From assembly GCA_024679065.1 (NCBI GenBank), contig JAGIQG010000024.1:18910001-18974000 (forward strand): a stretch of 64,000 nucleotides of DNA, written 5' to 3'. Shown one piece after another: positions 37,585 to 51,090 of the stretch; position 1 is the first letter of the stretch; every line of letters starts with the position of its first letter. Under the pieces are notes generated by a model that worked only from the letters and a program-made list of their open reading frames with translations, did no database searches and had not been told where the DNA came from. The stretch comes from Sphyrna mokarran (Eukaryota). The position numbers were made by a program, and so were the translations under genes.

Positions 37585-37750
37585 TTAAATTTATTTATGA
37601 GTGTCAGAAGTAGGCTTACATTAACATTGCAATGAAGTTACTGTGAAGATCCCCTAATCACTATCATGGTATGTTTTGTCTGTAAATCATGACAAAAACA
37701 ATACTTTTCACTGTAACCCAGCATGTATGATAATAATAAATCACATCAAC
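37585..37750. mobile_element. HE1 type-B tail (-) abutting a Rex1-like tail (+)
   Basis: AAGTAGGCTTACATTAAC followed by AACAATACTTTTCACTGTAACC...AATAATAAATC. Confidence 0.75.
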
Positions 37751-39443
37751 TCAAAAGATGCTTAACAAGAAAACCTACAAGGTGTTACTAACAAGAAGCC
37801 AAAATACATGTAAACCTTGGAAATGTTTCTAGCTTTTTCACTTGCTGGATCAAAAAAAAATGATCGTTCTCATCTGAAACATCTCAGGCATTTCTTTTTA
37901 ATTGCTCTAGTGAGTTTGATTATGCTGCCCACAAATCTCAAATACGATACAGTATTTCCTTCTATTGGCCTGGATTTTTCAACCACCTGTTGTGGAACAA
38001 TCTGCTTTTCAGAACTTCCTAGATTAATTAAAAAAGCATTTGTTTCCAGATTGCAGAGACATCTGCCAACACTCAGCTTCAGGGTTCACTAGAAAGAAAT
38101 GGCCACTTGGGAATGGTCTGTATTCATGGGTCATGTTTGTCTCAATGGATCATCATCTTGATACGCTGCATTGAGGGAGCTGAAAAGCAAATTTAAAAAA
38201 AAATTATTATTGACTATATTAAGAAAGTCTAGAATTAATTTATTTCCAAGTGTAGGACAAGTACAGATTCATTTATACGTGAAGAAATTTGCTGAAATCA
38301 TAGAAATTCATAAATGTTTTACCTCGGGTCAATTCCACTTGTTCTATTTTCGCTGGAGATGGATAAATTAAAACTTGGCTTCTAGTGGCAATTCAGTAAG
38401 CCAAAATTTGATTAAATTGTTTTGCTTCTTTCCATGTGCCTGACTATTTGATGAAGCATTTGTTTGAGAGAATCAGAACACATGTTAAGTTACAGCGGCT
38501 GAACCATAGCTCGATATGGGTTCTGCTGCAATTAAGTTGCTGGAATAAAGTATATGTCATGTTATCTGACTCCTTTGGGGGGTAAGGGAATTAAAAATAC
38601 ATGTCCTTCCTGAGAGAGAGCAAGAGAGAGGGTAGCCACAGGAACGGTGTATCGAATATAATGAAAACTCTGGCTGCATGCCAGATGGTTTTTTTAAATA
38701 AATTTGTCATCTATCTGGGTTCAAATACGTGGTCCTCAATTCTTCAGAACTCTTTATCAAACAGAAAGCTGCAAAGAGAAATGACGTGTTCTGCTGTGCT
38801 TACAACGACAAGTGGTTCAATCATTATATATTATTTCAAGTCAAGTTGAATTTTGAATTTGTGGTGAAATACTAGAATTCTCTGAAGTACCTGCTGTGGA
38901 TATGAGTCAAGTTATTCTATTCAGTAATTTGTGATAACAACTTTGATGTTCTTACTTAGGAGCAGCAATTGCCCATTGACCCTTCTTCACCATGTTATAA
39001 GCTATATCAACTCTATCTGCATCATTCCAGTAGCCTGTCTTAAACTACAACCAAAGAGGATTTAGATTCAGGTTTAAAGAGCAGTGGTCAATTCATGTTA
39101 CACAGCACAAATGCAGACCATTTGGCCCATCCAATCTGTGATGCTGGCAACTGCACGGAAACAGGCCATTTGATCCATCCAATCCACGATACTAACATTT
39201 ATGTTCCAGTCAAGCCTCTTCTCATCTAAATCCGCCAACATAATCCTCCATTTCTTTTTCTCTTGTTATACATATTACATCCCTTAAGTACATCCTTAAA
39301 AAAAATTTGGATGAGCACTTGAAATGTCGTAACATTCAAGGATATAGGACAAGTTCAGGAAAATGGAATTAGCAGTAGTTATTTTCATTGCAGACTCAAG
39401 GGCTGAAGGGCCTTTTCTGCACTGTATGATTCTATGATTGTGA

Positions 39444-39570
39444 GTTGGTGGGATTTTCTGGCCACACTCGCCCCAAGACCGGAAAATCCTGCCTGACACC
39501 AACAACCTCTGTATGGTCCTGTCCCACCCACCAAGATTCCCGTAGGGGGCAGGATGGGAAAGTCCAACCC
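39444..39570. mobile_element. Harbinger-type MITE inside a CR1/HE1 tail
   Basis: GGTGGGATTTTC ... GGAAAGTCCAACCC between TATGATT repeats. Confidence 0.7.
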
Positions 39571-40339
39571 TATGATTCTATATTATGCACCTCAGCCATT
39601 CTTGGTAGTTTTTTCCACATCCTCACTTTCTGGATAATGAAGTTCTCTTCTGAATTCTCTAGTTGATTTCTTGGCAAAAATAGCATGGTTTTATTCTTCT
39701 CCAAAAATAGAAATGCTCTCTCTCTTCATCTTTATTAAAATCTTCCGTTATTTTAATTTTACCTGTATTATGGCACCCCTTGGCTTTCTCTTTTCAGCCA
39801 GCACAGGCGCGATGGGCAGAGTGGCCTCCAACTGTGCTGTAAATTTTTTGACATTTTGCTAAATTTTCAAAATATCCGAAAAAGAGGAATGTGGTTGGAG
39901 GTCAGCGGAGTAGCAGTGCATGATTGCGCCTTAAAACAACCAGAAAACAGTTATGTTAAACTAATCTGCCAAAATCCTGTGTCATTTAACCACCCCTATG
40001 TTCACCGCAACACAGACTTTCCATTTTGTTTTTTGGTCTCCTCCTTCTTTTCCTGTCTCTGTCCTTGCTTAAAAACTGATATCTCTAACCTGTTCAATCT
40101 TGATAAAGGATCAACAGCCCAAAACAGCCTCCTGGCAGCAAGCAAGCAGGGCCAGACATGTATCCTGCATGGCAGCCCAGCCTGGATCTATTGGGCTGCA
40201 AGGATCACATTCATGGCCACAGCCCATTCTGTGCAGGGAGTTTTTCCTTGGCAATTAATGATGTCCTGGTAGCTGTGGCCTCTGTTCTCTTTGTTTACAC
40301 ACAGGCTGGGTGATTGTTTCGTGGAACATCTCTGCTTAG

Positions 40340-41000
40340 TCCACAAGCTTGATGCTGAGCTTTCACTCACTTAATTCATCACCTTGCTCTCATGTTCACA
40401 TTTCTGTCCTCTGCTTGCTGCAATGTTGTAGGGAAACCCATCAAGAAATATGGGCACCATGGTGACATAATGATTAGCACTGCTGCCTCACAGCACCAAA
40501 GACCTGGGTTTGATTTCTGGCTTGGATCACTATATGTGTGGAGTTTGCATGTTCTTGCATGTCTCTGTGGGTTTCCTCTGGGTGTTCTGGTTTCCTCCCA
40601 CAGTCAAGATCTGCTGAATTGGCCGTACTAAATTCTCCCTCGTATGTCCGAACAGATGCTAAAGTGTGGCGACTCGGGAAATTTCACAGTAACTTCATTG
40701 TCGTGTTAATGTAAACCTACTTGTGACATTAATAGATAAACTTTAACTCTACTTCTTAATAGCATTTCATCTTTTAATTTGACACTACATTTACAGCCTT
40801 CTGGACTTGGTGAGTTCAACAATTTAAGACGATGAACTCTGAACCATTTTGATTCTGTTTTTGCTGGTCTGAATCTTTTTTTTCATGTTTTTGTTTTCAG
40901 ACGGAGCTGCTCATTATTGTGCTATTTAGATTCACTCTTAAGTGCTTCCATTACCAATTTCTTTGCCTTATATTCCACGCCAGCTTTTCTCATTTAATGG
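40340..41000 (+). mobile_element. Penelope-like 3' fragment split by HE1 type B (40452-40747)
   Basis: PCSHVHISVLCLLQC before the SINE; HFIF...LQPSGLGEFNNLR after it. Confidence 0.7.
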
Positions 41001-41918
41001 CCCAGAGTCCTGGCCTGCTAATCATATTTAAATAATATTAAAATAACCATCTAAATAGTCTTCGCGTCTCCTTGCCGATTTCCAGTGCGGAACAGATGCC
41101 ACTGTAAGTCCAGTGCTGGGAGATGCAAGTGCTTACATGAACCCCAGAAATGGACCTACTCGAGAAGTTAAATTAGCACAGCGGAATGGGAGAATCACAG
41201 CCAGTGTTTCTGGGATTGCAAGCTGATACTTGTTTAAATTGATTGCACAGAATGGTAGAAATTTTATGCAGGAATTCAGCGAAGCAATTTTGGATCAGAT
41301 CAGGGATGGATTTAAACTTCCAGGAGAAATCTGGTGCAAGACTTATGAGGTGTTACGACCTAGAGCGGATGAGATTTAAAATTTGTGATCTTGGAGATTC
41401 TGTCTGGTTCCTGACATCTCTGGGACAGACCTGAATTTTCAGAGAGCACGGAGAACTCACTCGCTGACATTAATGGTCCCATAAGTTCCTTAGGGAGTTT
41501 GTTAAGGGCCTGTGCATTTGAGACTGGAATCTTCCTTCTTTGATTGAGCGAACCTGAAGTGTGGCTGTCAGTGAGGTTATCAGAAATCTTCCCTCCATTT
41601 ATATAAAATTGATCTTCCCTGGCACTCTTCCTGCCATCTCGCCCACATGCTCCTTTTCATTGCAGTGGAAACTTCTGGCCTGGCCGGGTGCTGCCTGCTC
41701 TCTTCGATAAGACATTGGCAGCCCCCAGTATGGCTCCCATCTGCTCTCGCTGCTGCCACAAGGCAGGTGGTTGCACTGCCTGAAAACACCATGAATTGGT
41801 TACAAAGCGCACCTCCTTAGTTGAACTTGAACATAGCACTATGAGAGCGACACGCCCCAGGCATCGGTTGGGAGCTAGAATTTACCAGGTTCCCGGCACC
41901 ACAGTGAAAATTCGGCCC
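41000..41918. mobile_element. Adjacent non-autonomous Harbinger-type pieces
   Basis: TIR-like ends GGGAGAATCACAGCC (~41200) and GTGAAAATTCGGCCC (~41915). Confidence 0.5.
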
Positions 41919-42067
41919 GTGGATTTAGTTCTGAGAGAGAGCGTGGCTTCAGTCATGGAAAGGATTGTGCGTCTGGTTCGAAGAAGAAATAGGGTTTCGG
42001 TTTTGAGAGCTCCAACTTCACTTGAGTGGCAAAAGGGTGGCTTTTGTTGAAAGAATTATTATTATTC

Positions 42068-42353
42068 TTATTATTTATCAGTATCACAGATAGGTTTACA
42101 ACTGCAATGAAATTACTGTGAAAATCCCATAGTTGCCACATTTCTGCATCTGTTCGGTTACACTGAGGAAGAACTTAACACAGCTAATGCACCTATCCAG
42201 CATGTCTTTCAGACTGTGGGAGGAAATTGGAACAACCGGAGGAACTCCTCGAAGACAGGGAGAACACACAGACTCCATATAGATAGTCACGCAAGCTGGA
42301 AATAAAACCCAAAACCTTGGTGTTGTGAGGCAGCACTGTGCCATTGTGCCGCT
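42068..42353 (-). mobile_element. HE1 SINE, tail type B
   Basis: Reverse tail and V-domain. Confidence 0.88.
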
Positions 42354-42719
42354 CCAAATGTTAATTGTGTTGACTTTCACATTCATTAAAGATTATTTTG
42401 ATTCAAGGTTATTAACAGTTGCAAATCCAGACTAAGGAAGGAGCAACTGACTGTGTCGCTGCTGCAAATGTTTCCAGTCATCAGGCTGAGAAGATTAGAC
42501 AGATTGTAGCTGTGAACATGACTGTGGAGACAGGGGCTGGAATTAGAAATTCTGTCTCACATGCTCAGAAATTTGATTAACCATCTGAAATAAAAGTATT
42601 TAATTCCCCAGTGCCATGCTCATTGACTCAAAGAGTGCTAATTTCGAAATAAGATCAGACATCTTAAATCAGCCACACTTCAAAGTGGAGTTCACATTTC
42701 ATTTTTAATGCACTCTGAG

Positions 42720-42990
42720 AGGATATGGAAAGAGGAGTAGGCCATTCAGCCCTTTGAGGCTGTTCAACCATTCAATCAGATTATCTCTAATCTGCATTTT
42801 AACTCCATTTATCTCCTTTGCTCCATAAACGTTAATACCTTTGGCTAACAAATAATAATCAACCTCAGCTTTTATCTGAGGGGAGTGGGGGTGGAGAGTT
42901 CCATACCTCCACTATCATTTGTGTAGAAAGCCCTTCCTAACATCAATCCTGAATGGCCGAGCTCTAGTATTAATCTTTTGCCCTGTCAGG
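42720..42990 (-). mobile_element. CR1 3' UTR fragment
   Basis: AGGAGTAGGCCATTCAGCCCTTTGAG...CCATTCAATCAGAT. Confidence 0.75.
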
Positions 42991-43525
42991 GCTAATGAGT
43001 TAGGCTTAATCCAATATCCTCTTTCTAACAGACTTCAACATTATCTAATGAGGCATTTGATGAATCACGGTTCTGTGGTTACCTTACTTCGAATCCCAGG
43101 AGCTGCTGTCCAAATAAATCAGTCTAAGCTTTCTGAAATACAACTCTCTGTCTGGGTAAAATCACCAACCTTCTTGCATTGCCCTGGCATCTCCAGAATT
43201 AAAGACAAACATCTAGGATGCTGCTCTGAGCAGCCCAGGGGACTCATTTTTTTAGACAAAGCCTTTTGCCAAAATCTTGCTGTCTTTTGTGCTGACAGGA
43301 TATTACAATGGTGCATCCCACCATGGGTTTCCCAATGGAGAGAGGGTCATTCAATGGGTAACCCCATTAAGAACGAGGAGACTGTAAGATTCCACCGTCA
43401 ATGAGTGGTGCATCACCTCCCAGCACCGTGAAACAGGCCACAGAGAGAGAAAAATCCTGCCCTGAGTTTTTGAACATAACATTGTTTTAACACATTGGGA
43501 ATCATAGAAACATGGCCAGGAAGCC

Positions 43526-44557
43526 ATGAAGGTGAGAGGCCATGGGATCCAAGGGGCTTTGGCCTTGTGGATCCAGAACTGGCTTGCCTGCAGAAGGCAG
43601 AGGGTGGTTGTGGATGGCTCTTTTTCTGCATGGAGGTCGGTCACCAGTGGAGTGCCCCAGGGATCTGTTCTAGAACCCTTGCTGTTTGTCATTTTCATAA
43701 ATGACCTGGATGAGGAAGTGGAGGGATGGGTGAGTAAGTTCGCCGATGACACGAAGGTCGGTGGTGTTGTGGATGGTCTGGAGGGATGTCAGAAGTTGCA
43801 GCATGACATCGACAGGATGCAAGACTGGGCGGAGAAGTGGCAGATGGACTTCAACGCGGATAAATGTGTTGTGGTCCATTTTGGCAGATCCAACGGGATG
43901 AATGAGTACACGATCAAAGGTAGGAGTCTTAGCTGTGTGGAAGAGCAGAGGGATCTTGGGGTCCGGGTCCATAAGACTCTCAAATCGGCCTCCCAGGTGG
44001 AGGATGTGGTTAAGAAAGCTTACGGTGTACTGGCCTTCATTCATCGAGGGATTGAGTTCAGGAGTCAGGAGGTAATGCTGCAGCTTTATAGGACCCTTGT
44101 CAGACCACACTTGGAGTACTGTGCGCAGTTCTGGTCGCCTCACTATAGGAAGGACGTGGAAGCTATTGAAAGGGTGCAGAGGAGATTTACAAGGATGTTG
44201 CCTGGATTGGGAGGCATGCCTTATGAAGACAGGTTGAGGGAGCTGGGACTGTTCTCCCTGGAGAGACGAAGGTTGAGAGGCGACCTGATAGAGGTTTACA
44301 AGATGTTGAGAGGAATAGATAGGGTGGACTCTCAGAGACTATTTCCCAGGGCTGAAATGGTCGCGACGAGAGGGCACAGATTTAAGGTGCAGGGAAGCAA
44401 GTACAGAGGGGATGCTAGGGGAAAGTTTTTCACTCAGAGGGTGGTGAGTGAATGGAATCGGCTGCCGTCGGTGGTGGTCGAGGCGAACTCGCTGGGGTCT
44501 TTTAAAAGACTTCTGGATGAGTATATGGGATCCAATGGGATTGGGGGTTATAGATAG
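43526..44557 (+). CDS. CR1 LINE ORF2, C-terminal 343 aa of reverse transcriptase (young, 5'-truncated; 3' UTR to ~44642)
   Basis: Uninterrupted frame with [22 protein letters not shown]-like EEQRDLGV, RPHLEYCAQFWSP, ERVQRRFTRM; CpG-rich; tail GTTCTATGTTCTATG. Confidence 0.97.
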   Translation: MKVRGHGIQGALALWIQNWLACRRQRVVVDGSFSAWRSVTSGVPQGSVLEPLLFVIFINDLDEEVEGWVSKFADDTKVGGVVDGLEGCQKLQHDIDRMQDWAEKWQMDFNADKCVVVHFGRSNGMNEYTIKGRSLSCVEEQRDLGVRVHKTLKSASQVEDVVKKAYGVLAFIHRGIEFRSQEVMLQLYRTLVRPHLEYCAQFWSPHYRKDVEAIERVQRRFTRMLPGLGGMPYEDRLRELGLFSLERRRLRGDLIEVYKMLRGIDRVDSQRLFPRAEMVATRGHRFKVQGSKYRGDARGKFFTQRVVSEWNRLPSVVVEANSLGSFKRLLDEYMGSNGIGGYR

Positions 44558-45470
44558 GTCTATGGCTGGGTAGGTTTTGATGTGTTCGGCACAACTTGTG
44601 GGCCGAAGGGCCTGTTTGTGCTGTAGTGTTCTATGTTCTATGATATAGCACCGAAGAAGCCTGTGCAACTCAACAGATAGATTTTTGTTGCTGGCGTGCC
44701 AATCTCAATGTGGGAACAAACCCAGGAGTGACTACAGTAAGTCATTCGATGCAATCTTCCAGAATGGCCCAATATAAATTCTCTCAGCCTAATTAAAAAC
44801 GGTAGTCATGTACCACCATCAGGGAGCCCATGCAGCATGTCTTGTGAATACGACCACTCCAACTGTGTAGGCAAAACTTGGCCACAAGAGCGACAATGGC
44901 CACGCCATGAAGGTGCCTTCAATGGGAGGAAAGTGGCTGCCACATAATCAGGGCAAGCTTGAACAGTGACAACTAAACTGGTTGCAAGGCCATGCCAACT
45001 GCCTATGTTAATTACTTCCAGTGAATGAATGTAAACCCTTTCACTGTGAAGCCACTTCCAACCAACTTTTGGGAGTTCCTGATACCATGTCAGGACCAGT
45101 GTTGGTAATGTGTCCTGGGGCAAACTGCTTGCTAAATAGAAAAATGCATTTCGGCAGCCCATTACCAGCCTTAGATCACCTCCAGGAAAAGCATGGACAG
45201 ACATGGACATGTCAGGGTGCCAACCCAAACCGTATTTTTCCAAATGTCCTCATGGTCTCGTTTCCAAGCCAACCTGCCATGTGGAGGCCGATAACATTCA
45301 GCCAATCATGTCTGCCCCAGCTCTTTGGTAGAGGTATCCAATTAATTGCACCCCTGCCTGATCTTTCCACTGGCCCTGAAAAGTTACTTTCTTTCAGGTA
45401 TTTATCAAATCTTCTTTGGTTTACTAGCTATGAAAATATTGGCAATGAAAGAAAGATGTCTGTTTGACTG

Positions 45471-45707
45471 ATAGAACATAGAGCACTACAGCACAAACAC
45501 GCCCTTCGGCCCACAAGTTGTGCCGAACATATTCCTACCTACCGGGCCTATCTATAACCCTCAATCCCATTAAATTCCATGTACTCATCCAGAAGTCTCT
45601 TAAAAGACCCCAACAAGTTTGCCTCCACCACCAGCGATGGCAGCTGATTCCACTCACTCACCACCCTCTGAGTGAAAAACTTACCCCTGATATCTCCTCT
45701 GTACCTA
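45471..45707 (-). mobile_element. Second copy of the young CR1 3' end, inverted
   Basis: Closely matches the reverse complement of ~44400-44642. Confidence 0.92.
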
Positions 45708-45989
45708 AATGCTCCAAAATCATCTACTCAGGTGGATATGTACCTTTCGACTATTCAATCAGTGTGGGAAAGCAGGACAATGCAAGTAATGCATTTGAGG
45801 AGTGGGATGTTTGGAGGCTAGAGTTCATATGATGGCGCACTCAGGAACATGTCCAAACTGGGCGGAAATCATGCATGCAGAGAGTCACTTGACAGTCAAC
45901 AGATCAGAAGTCAGAAGGAACCAATGGAAAGGTGTTTTTCTGACTGGAGATCTGTGACCAGTGGTGTTCCGCAGAGAAGAAAGCCCAGG

Positions 45990-46100
45990 GCTCTCAACAT
46001 TCCAAAAAGCATTTATACCAATGTAACCTCCGGATATTCCAAAGCATCTTACAGCCGATTAAGTACTTTTGAAGCGTACTCACTGTTGCGATGTAGGAAT
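45990..46100 (-). mobile_element. Deu-SINE tail
   Basis: CCAAAGCATCTTACAGCCGATTAAGTACTTTTGAAG...CACTGTTGCGATGTAGGAA. Confidence 0.7.
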
Positions 46101-46518
46101 GTATTCCAGTTAAAAGTATTCTATATTCTGTAGCCTAAAGGAACATGCAGGCTTCAGGAGAGCAGCACATTCTGTTGCTAAGCATCGCACTATGAAACAT
46201 TTCAAAGCAACAAAATAGCAGATAATACCTATTATCTCCCCTGATCAGACCCCTTGGTAGCAATAAATAACCGCAAATAATTGGGTGCTGATGCTGTTAT
46301 CACATCGGAAATTCGGACTGCTAACTCTGGCTGCCATTTGTCATGGTCATCCTCACGGTGTCCCACCATCCCATAAACAATTGGGAAGCAAATAGGCTTT
46401 GTTACATGACTGGATGATTTTTAACTTCAATCAATCATCCCTTTTTCCCACCTCCACTGTTTGTTTGGACCTTATGAATGAAAACTTTAAAACCATAAAA
46501 TTTGTGAATACTTTGCAT

Positions 46519-46709
46519 CGGTTTCCTCCCACAGTCCAAAGATGCACAGGTTAGGTTGATTGGCCATGCTTAATTGTCCCTAATGTCCGTGGATAAGCAG
46601 GGTAAATATGTGAGGTTACAGGAATAGGGCCTGGGTACGTTTGTGGTCAGTACAGACTCAATGAGCCAAACAGTCTCCTTCTGGACCATAGGGATTCTAT
46701 GATTCTATG
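46519..46709 (+). mobile_element. HE1 SINE 3' half, tail type A
   Basis: CGGTTTCCTCCCACAGTCCAAAGATG...GGGATTCTATGATTCTATG. Confidence 0.92.
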
Positions 46710-48335
46710 GTATTCATAAAGGAGAAGGGCATGGTGGATGGCAAATCTAGAGAAGGGTATGTTGATATTCTAGTGCATGTTGATATAAGAAAGGAGAAGG
46801 TGTTCGTGTTTTGAATAAGGTAGACAAGTCCCTAGGACCTGATGGGATCTATTCCAGAATACTGAAGGAGGGAAGGGATGAAATTGATGCATGAAATCTT
46901 TGTATCCTCTTTAATCACAGGACAGGATCCAGAGGACTGAAGAATAGCCAGCGTTATTCTTTATTTAAGAAGGACAACAGAGATAATCTAGGAAATTATA
47001 CACTGATGATCCTTACATCAGTGATAGAAAAATTATTGAAGAAGATTGTTAGGAACACGATCTACTCACATTTGGAAAATTGTGGACTTATTCACAATAG
47101 CCAGCATGGCTTTGGACGGGAAATGTCGTATCGCAAAAACCCGATTTGAGATTTTGAGGAAATGACAAAGGTGATTGATGATGGCAGGTCAGTGGATGTT
47201 GGCCTCATGGACTTTAGCAAAACCTTTGACAACGTCACTCATGGCAGGTTGATGCAGAACGTGAAGTCACATGGGATCCACAGTGAGCTGGTAAAATGCT
47301 TGCAGAATTGGCTTAGTCATAAGAGGCAGAGAGTAGCAGTGGAAGAGTTTCTCTGACTGGAGATTTGTGACCAATGGTGTTCCACAGGGATCAGTGCTGG
47401 GACCCCTATTGTTTCTAATATATATAAATGATATGAAGGAGAATGTAAGTGTCTTATTAGTAAGTTTGTGAATGGCACAAAGATTGACGGAGCTGCGGAT
47501 AGTGAGGAGGATATAGATAGGATACAGTAGGATATAGATAGGCCAGAGACTCAGACAGAAAAATGATAGATGAAATTTAATCCAGATGAGTGCAAGATGG
47601 TGCATTTTGGAAGATCTAATGCAGGAGGGAGGCAAACAGTAAATGGCAAAACACTTAAAAGCATTAACATACGGAGGGATCTCGGTGTAAAGGTTCACAA
47701 TTCACTGAAAATAGCAATACAAGTGGATAAGGTGGTCAAGGAGACATACAGCATGCTTGCCTTCATTACTTGGAGTATAGAGTATACAAATTGGCAAGTC
47801 ATGTTACAGCTGTTAGAATTTTGATCAGACCACATTTGGAATGTTGCGTACAGTTCTGATCATCGCACTACTAGAAGGATGTGGAGGCTTTGGAAAGGGT
47901 ACAGAAAAGATTTGCCAGGATATTTCCTGGTTTGGAGGGCATTAGCACTGAGGAGATATTGGACAAACTTGATTTTACTAGAACATCAGATACTGAAAGG
48001 CAAGCTGATAGAAGTTTACAAAAAGATGAGAACCAGGGATAGAATGGATTGTCAGAGTCTTTTTCCCAGGATAGAAATGGCAACAACTAGGGGACATAGA
48101 TTTAAGGTAAAAGAGGATTAGAGATGTGAGAGGCAAGTTTGTTACACAGAGGATGGTATTGCCAGAGAAGATAGCAGATGTTGATGCAATAACAATATCT
48201 GAGACAGACACAAGAATAGACTGGGAATAGAGGGAAATGGACCGGATAGAGGCAAAAGACTTTAGGAAGGCATCATGTATCAGTGCAGACTTGATGGGCT
48301 GACAGGCTTGTTCCTGTGCTGTACTATTTTTTATT
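46710..48335 (+). mobile_element. Decayed CR1 ORF2 (RT) with 3' UTR
   Basis: [57 protein letters not shown]; stops and frameshifts. Confidence 0.95.
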
Positions 48336-48439
48336 CTTTGTAAACAATATGATGGTTTCTCTCCTTGGAAGGGCATAATTGGTAAACCATCAATTCCTGA
48401 AGACTACAGGATAATCCTGCAGGGTTGGCAATCTGTGTG

Positions 48440-48880
48440 GGAATCAGCAAAAGGACATCTGAAATTCACAGAATCTTTTAACTGGAAGCCATTTGTCCAT
48501 CACGTCTGCACAGGCTCTCCGAATGAGCAATTTCCTCAGTATCATTCTCCTGCCTTCACCCTTGAATCCTGTACATTCTTTTCATACAGCAGTTAATTCA
48601 CTTTTGAATGTCTTGATTGAACCTGCCTTCACCATACTCTCAGGCAATCCATCCCAGACCCTATCCACTCTCTGAGTGAAATTCTTGTTTCTTATTTCAT
48701 TTTTGCTTCTCTTGAAAATTAGTTTAAATCTGTACTCTCTCATTCTTGATCCTTTCACAAGTAGGAATAGTTTCTCCCTATCCATTCTGATTTTGAATAC
48801 CTATATCAAATCTCCTTTCAGCCTCTAAGTGGCAACTTCTCCAATCTATATTCATAACTGAAGTTTCTCATCCCAGGAAC
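48440..48880 (-). mobile_element. CR1 3' fragment
   Basis: ORF 48582-48785: DREKLF...YRFKL...FTQRVDRVWDGLP. Confidence 0.85.
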
Positions 48881-49391
48881 CAATTTTGTGAAAAACCATC
48901 ATTTGGCCAACATCTAAGGTAGCTGTTTCACAATTGCTTAAAGCCCAGTCATTGACAGATGTAAAGCTCAGTCCAAAATTCTTGGTGAAATAGTCGCATT
49001 GGAATTCACTTCTAGCATCAGTTATTCAATACATTATTTTTATCACCATTTAATATTGCGCTAAGTAGGTTTCTCTGAAGTAGCACCAAGTCTAGCACCA
49101 TAACTGCTTCCTACAGCTTTCTAACTTTATTACTTTATTGCATTTTCCTTAGTTTCTGCAGAAGCTGTTTACTTTTGTATTTTTGCCAAAGGCCTAGTTC
49201 ACAAAGAACGCTGGAACAATGTGATTTTGTTTCATATATATGATATTTAAAATATAGCTTTAGGTGGAAGAAATATGTAATCTTGTTCCCATTTCATTGT
49301 CCTTGACAGTGGAAAGGGGGATTGGTAAACAGATGAACTAAAAATACTTCAACAGAATATATTTTGCAGGATAATTGGTTGTTTCACACTT

Positions 49392-49708
49392 TAGAATCCA
49401 ACATGCAGAAAGAAGCCATTCAGTCCATCGAGTCTGCACAAGCTCTCTGAAAGAGCATCTTACCGAGGCCCACCCATCCCACCCTTATAACCATATGTCC
49501 ATGCACTTACGTTGCTAATCATCAGCTACTAAAAGGCAATTTAGCATGGCCAGTCCACATAACCTGTGTATCTTTGGATAGTGGGAGGAAAATGGAGCAC
49601 CCAGAAAAAACCCATGCAGACACTGGAAGAAGATGCAAAATGCTCACAGACCCGAGGCTGGAACTGAACCCAGCTGCCTGATACCAGTGCTAACCACTGT
49701 GCTGCCCT
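49392..49708 (-). mobile_element. HE1 SINE, tail type A
   Basis: Reverse head GTGCTAACCACTGTGCTGCCC and CR1-type tail. Confidence 0.9.
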
Positions 49709-50599
49709 AATACCTTATGCAAAGGTAGATCACCAGCTGTAAAGATCTTGGGACCACCTAAGAGAGTGAAAGGCACTGAGTATAACAGAAAGTAATGTTT
49801 TTTTTTCTGAATCTCAGGTTTTTCTAGCTTGGTTTCACTAAAAGGCAAAAAATAAAAACAGTGCATGTAGAATTCCAGGCTGGGCTGTTTCAGGGTTATT
49901 TGGCAACTTTTAATCAAGTAAAGTGCATTTTGATAAGGATGTAAGGCTCGCAGTGGTGCGAAGTATGTGAAAGTGAGTTAATGTACATGTGATTAAGATG
50001 AATCCTCTTCAGGCAGAATTTCATATTGACTAGACAGACCATGAAATGACAAGCAATGGTGTTGAGTGCACATCCCAATGCCATTGTGCTCTCACATAAT
50101 TCTTTGGTCGGCAGGAACAGGCATGGACCAACAGCATGCCCAACGACAATAACGGTGCTAGTTGAGAGGATTAACTCCCCAACTGACCAGAGTTTAACAT
50201 TGCCCGTGCGATTTGAAGTTCATCACAAAGACAACATGGCCAGCCAGACCGACTGAATTTGGCCTTCATTTATTCAAGCGTGGGATATTAGGGTTCTGCA
50301 CCGAAGATTAGATAAGGAGTTCAGAGTTTCTGGGAGCGAGATAAGGTGATATTTTGGAGTGTTGATAGAGTGCTTTCTGTAATGAGTAAATCACAGTCTG
50401 GAGCTCACAGTTTCTATCCTCTGAGTCCCTCTGTCACCCCTGGGGAAAGGTAAACCCTATTTGCCATCCTGTATTGTATACTTAGCAAGGAGCACCTCCT
50501 CTGAGGAGAAGGAGGACAAGGAGGAGGGGGAAAAAAGATTGAGGAGATCATAGACATCCCCCCTTGCGCAGAGATCCAAGCAAAGGGTGATCAGATCCA

Positions 50600-50960
50600 T
50601 CAGAGAGAGCAATTCAACCACCCAGGAGAAGGCTGAGCACCCAGATGCCAGGGTGCACAGGCAGTGACCAAATTACATTCAAATGACTGAGGTCAAGTGC
50701 AACAGGAAGTTCCAGCTTTCAAGGGAAGCCGTGCTGAGCCTCTGCCAGATGAAGGTCAGGTGATAGCCTCAAACTGTCAGGAAGGATACACAATGCCTAT
50801 GGCTCTGAAGGTCACTGAGATACTAATCATTTATCTCTCCACATGGCTCCAGAGCACTGTGGGTGAACTATGTGGAGTCTCTCAGCCAGCTGTACACAGC
50901 TGTATCAGGCCAGTCACTGGGGCTTTGTTCAGGCGTGTGAGTAGATTCAGTCACTACACT
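50600..50960 (+). pseudogene. HARBI1-like Harbinger transposase N-terminal relic
   Basis: MPMALKVTEILIIYLSTWLQSTVGELCGVSQPAVHSCIRPVTGALF matches the Harbinger helix-turn-helix region. Confidence 0.85.
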
Positions 50961-51090
50961 TCCCAACCAACTCCTCTGATATGGTCACAGACATCAGTGT
51001 GCCCATATCCGCGAGGGTGCTCAATGCTGAGAAATGGTGTGCTGCTTGTGTATCCCTTAATTCCTCGGGTGTCAAGGGAAGTGAAATAAG

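Noticed and set aside
43351-44668. Antisense ORFs of 109-157 aa
   Set aside because: Shadows of the intact CR1 ORF2 on the opposite strand.
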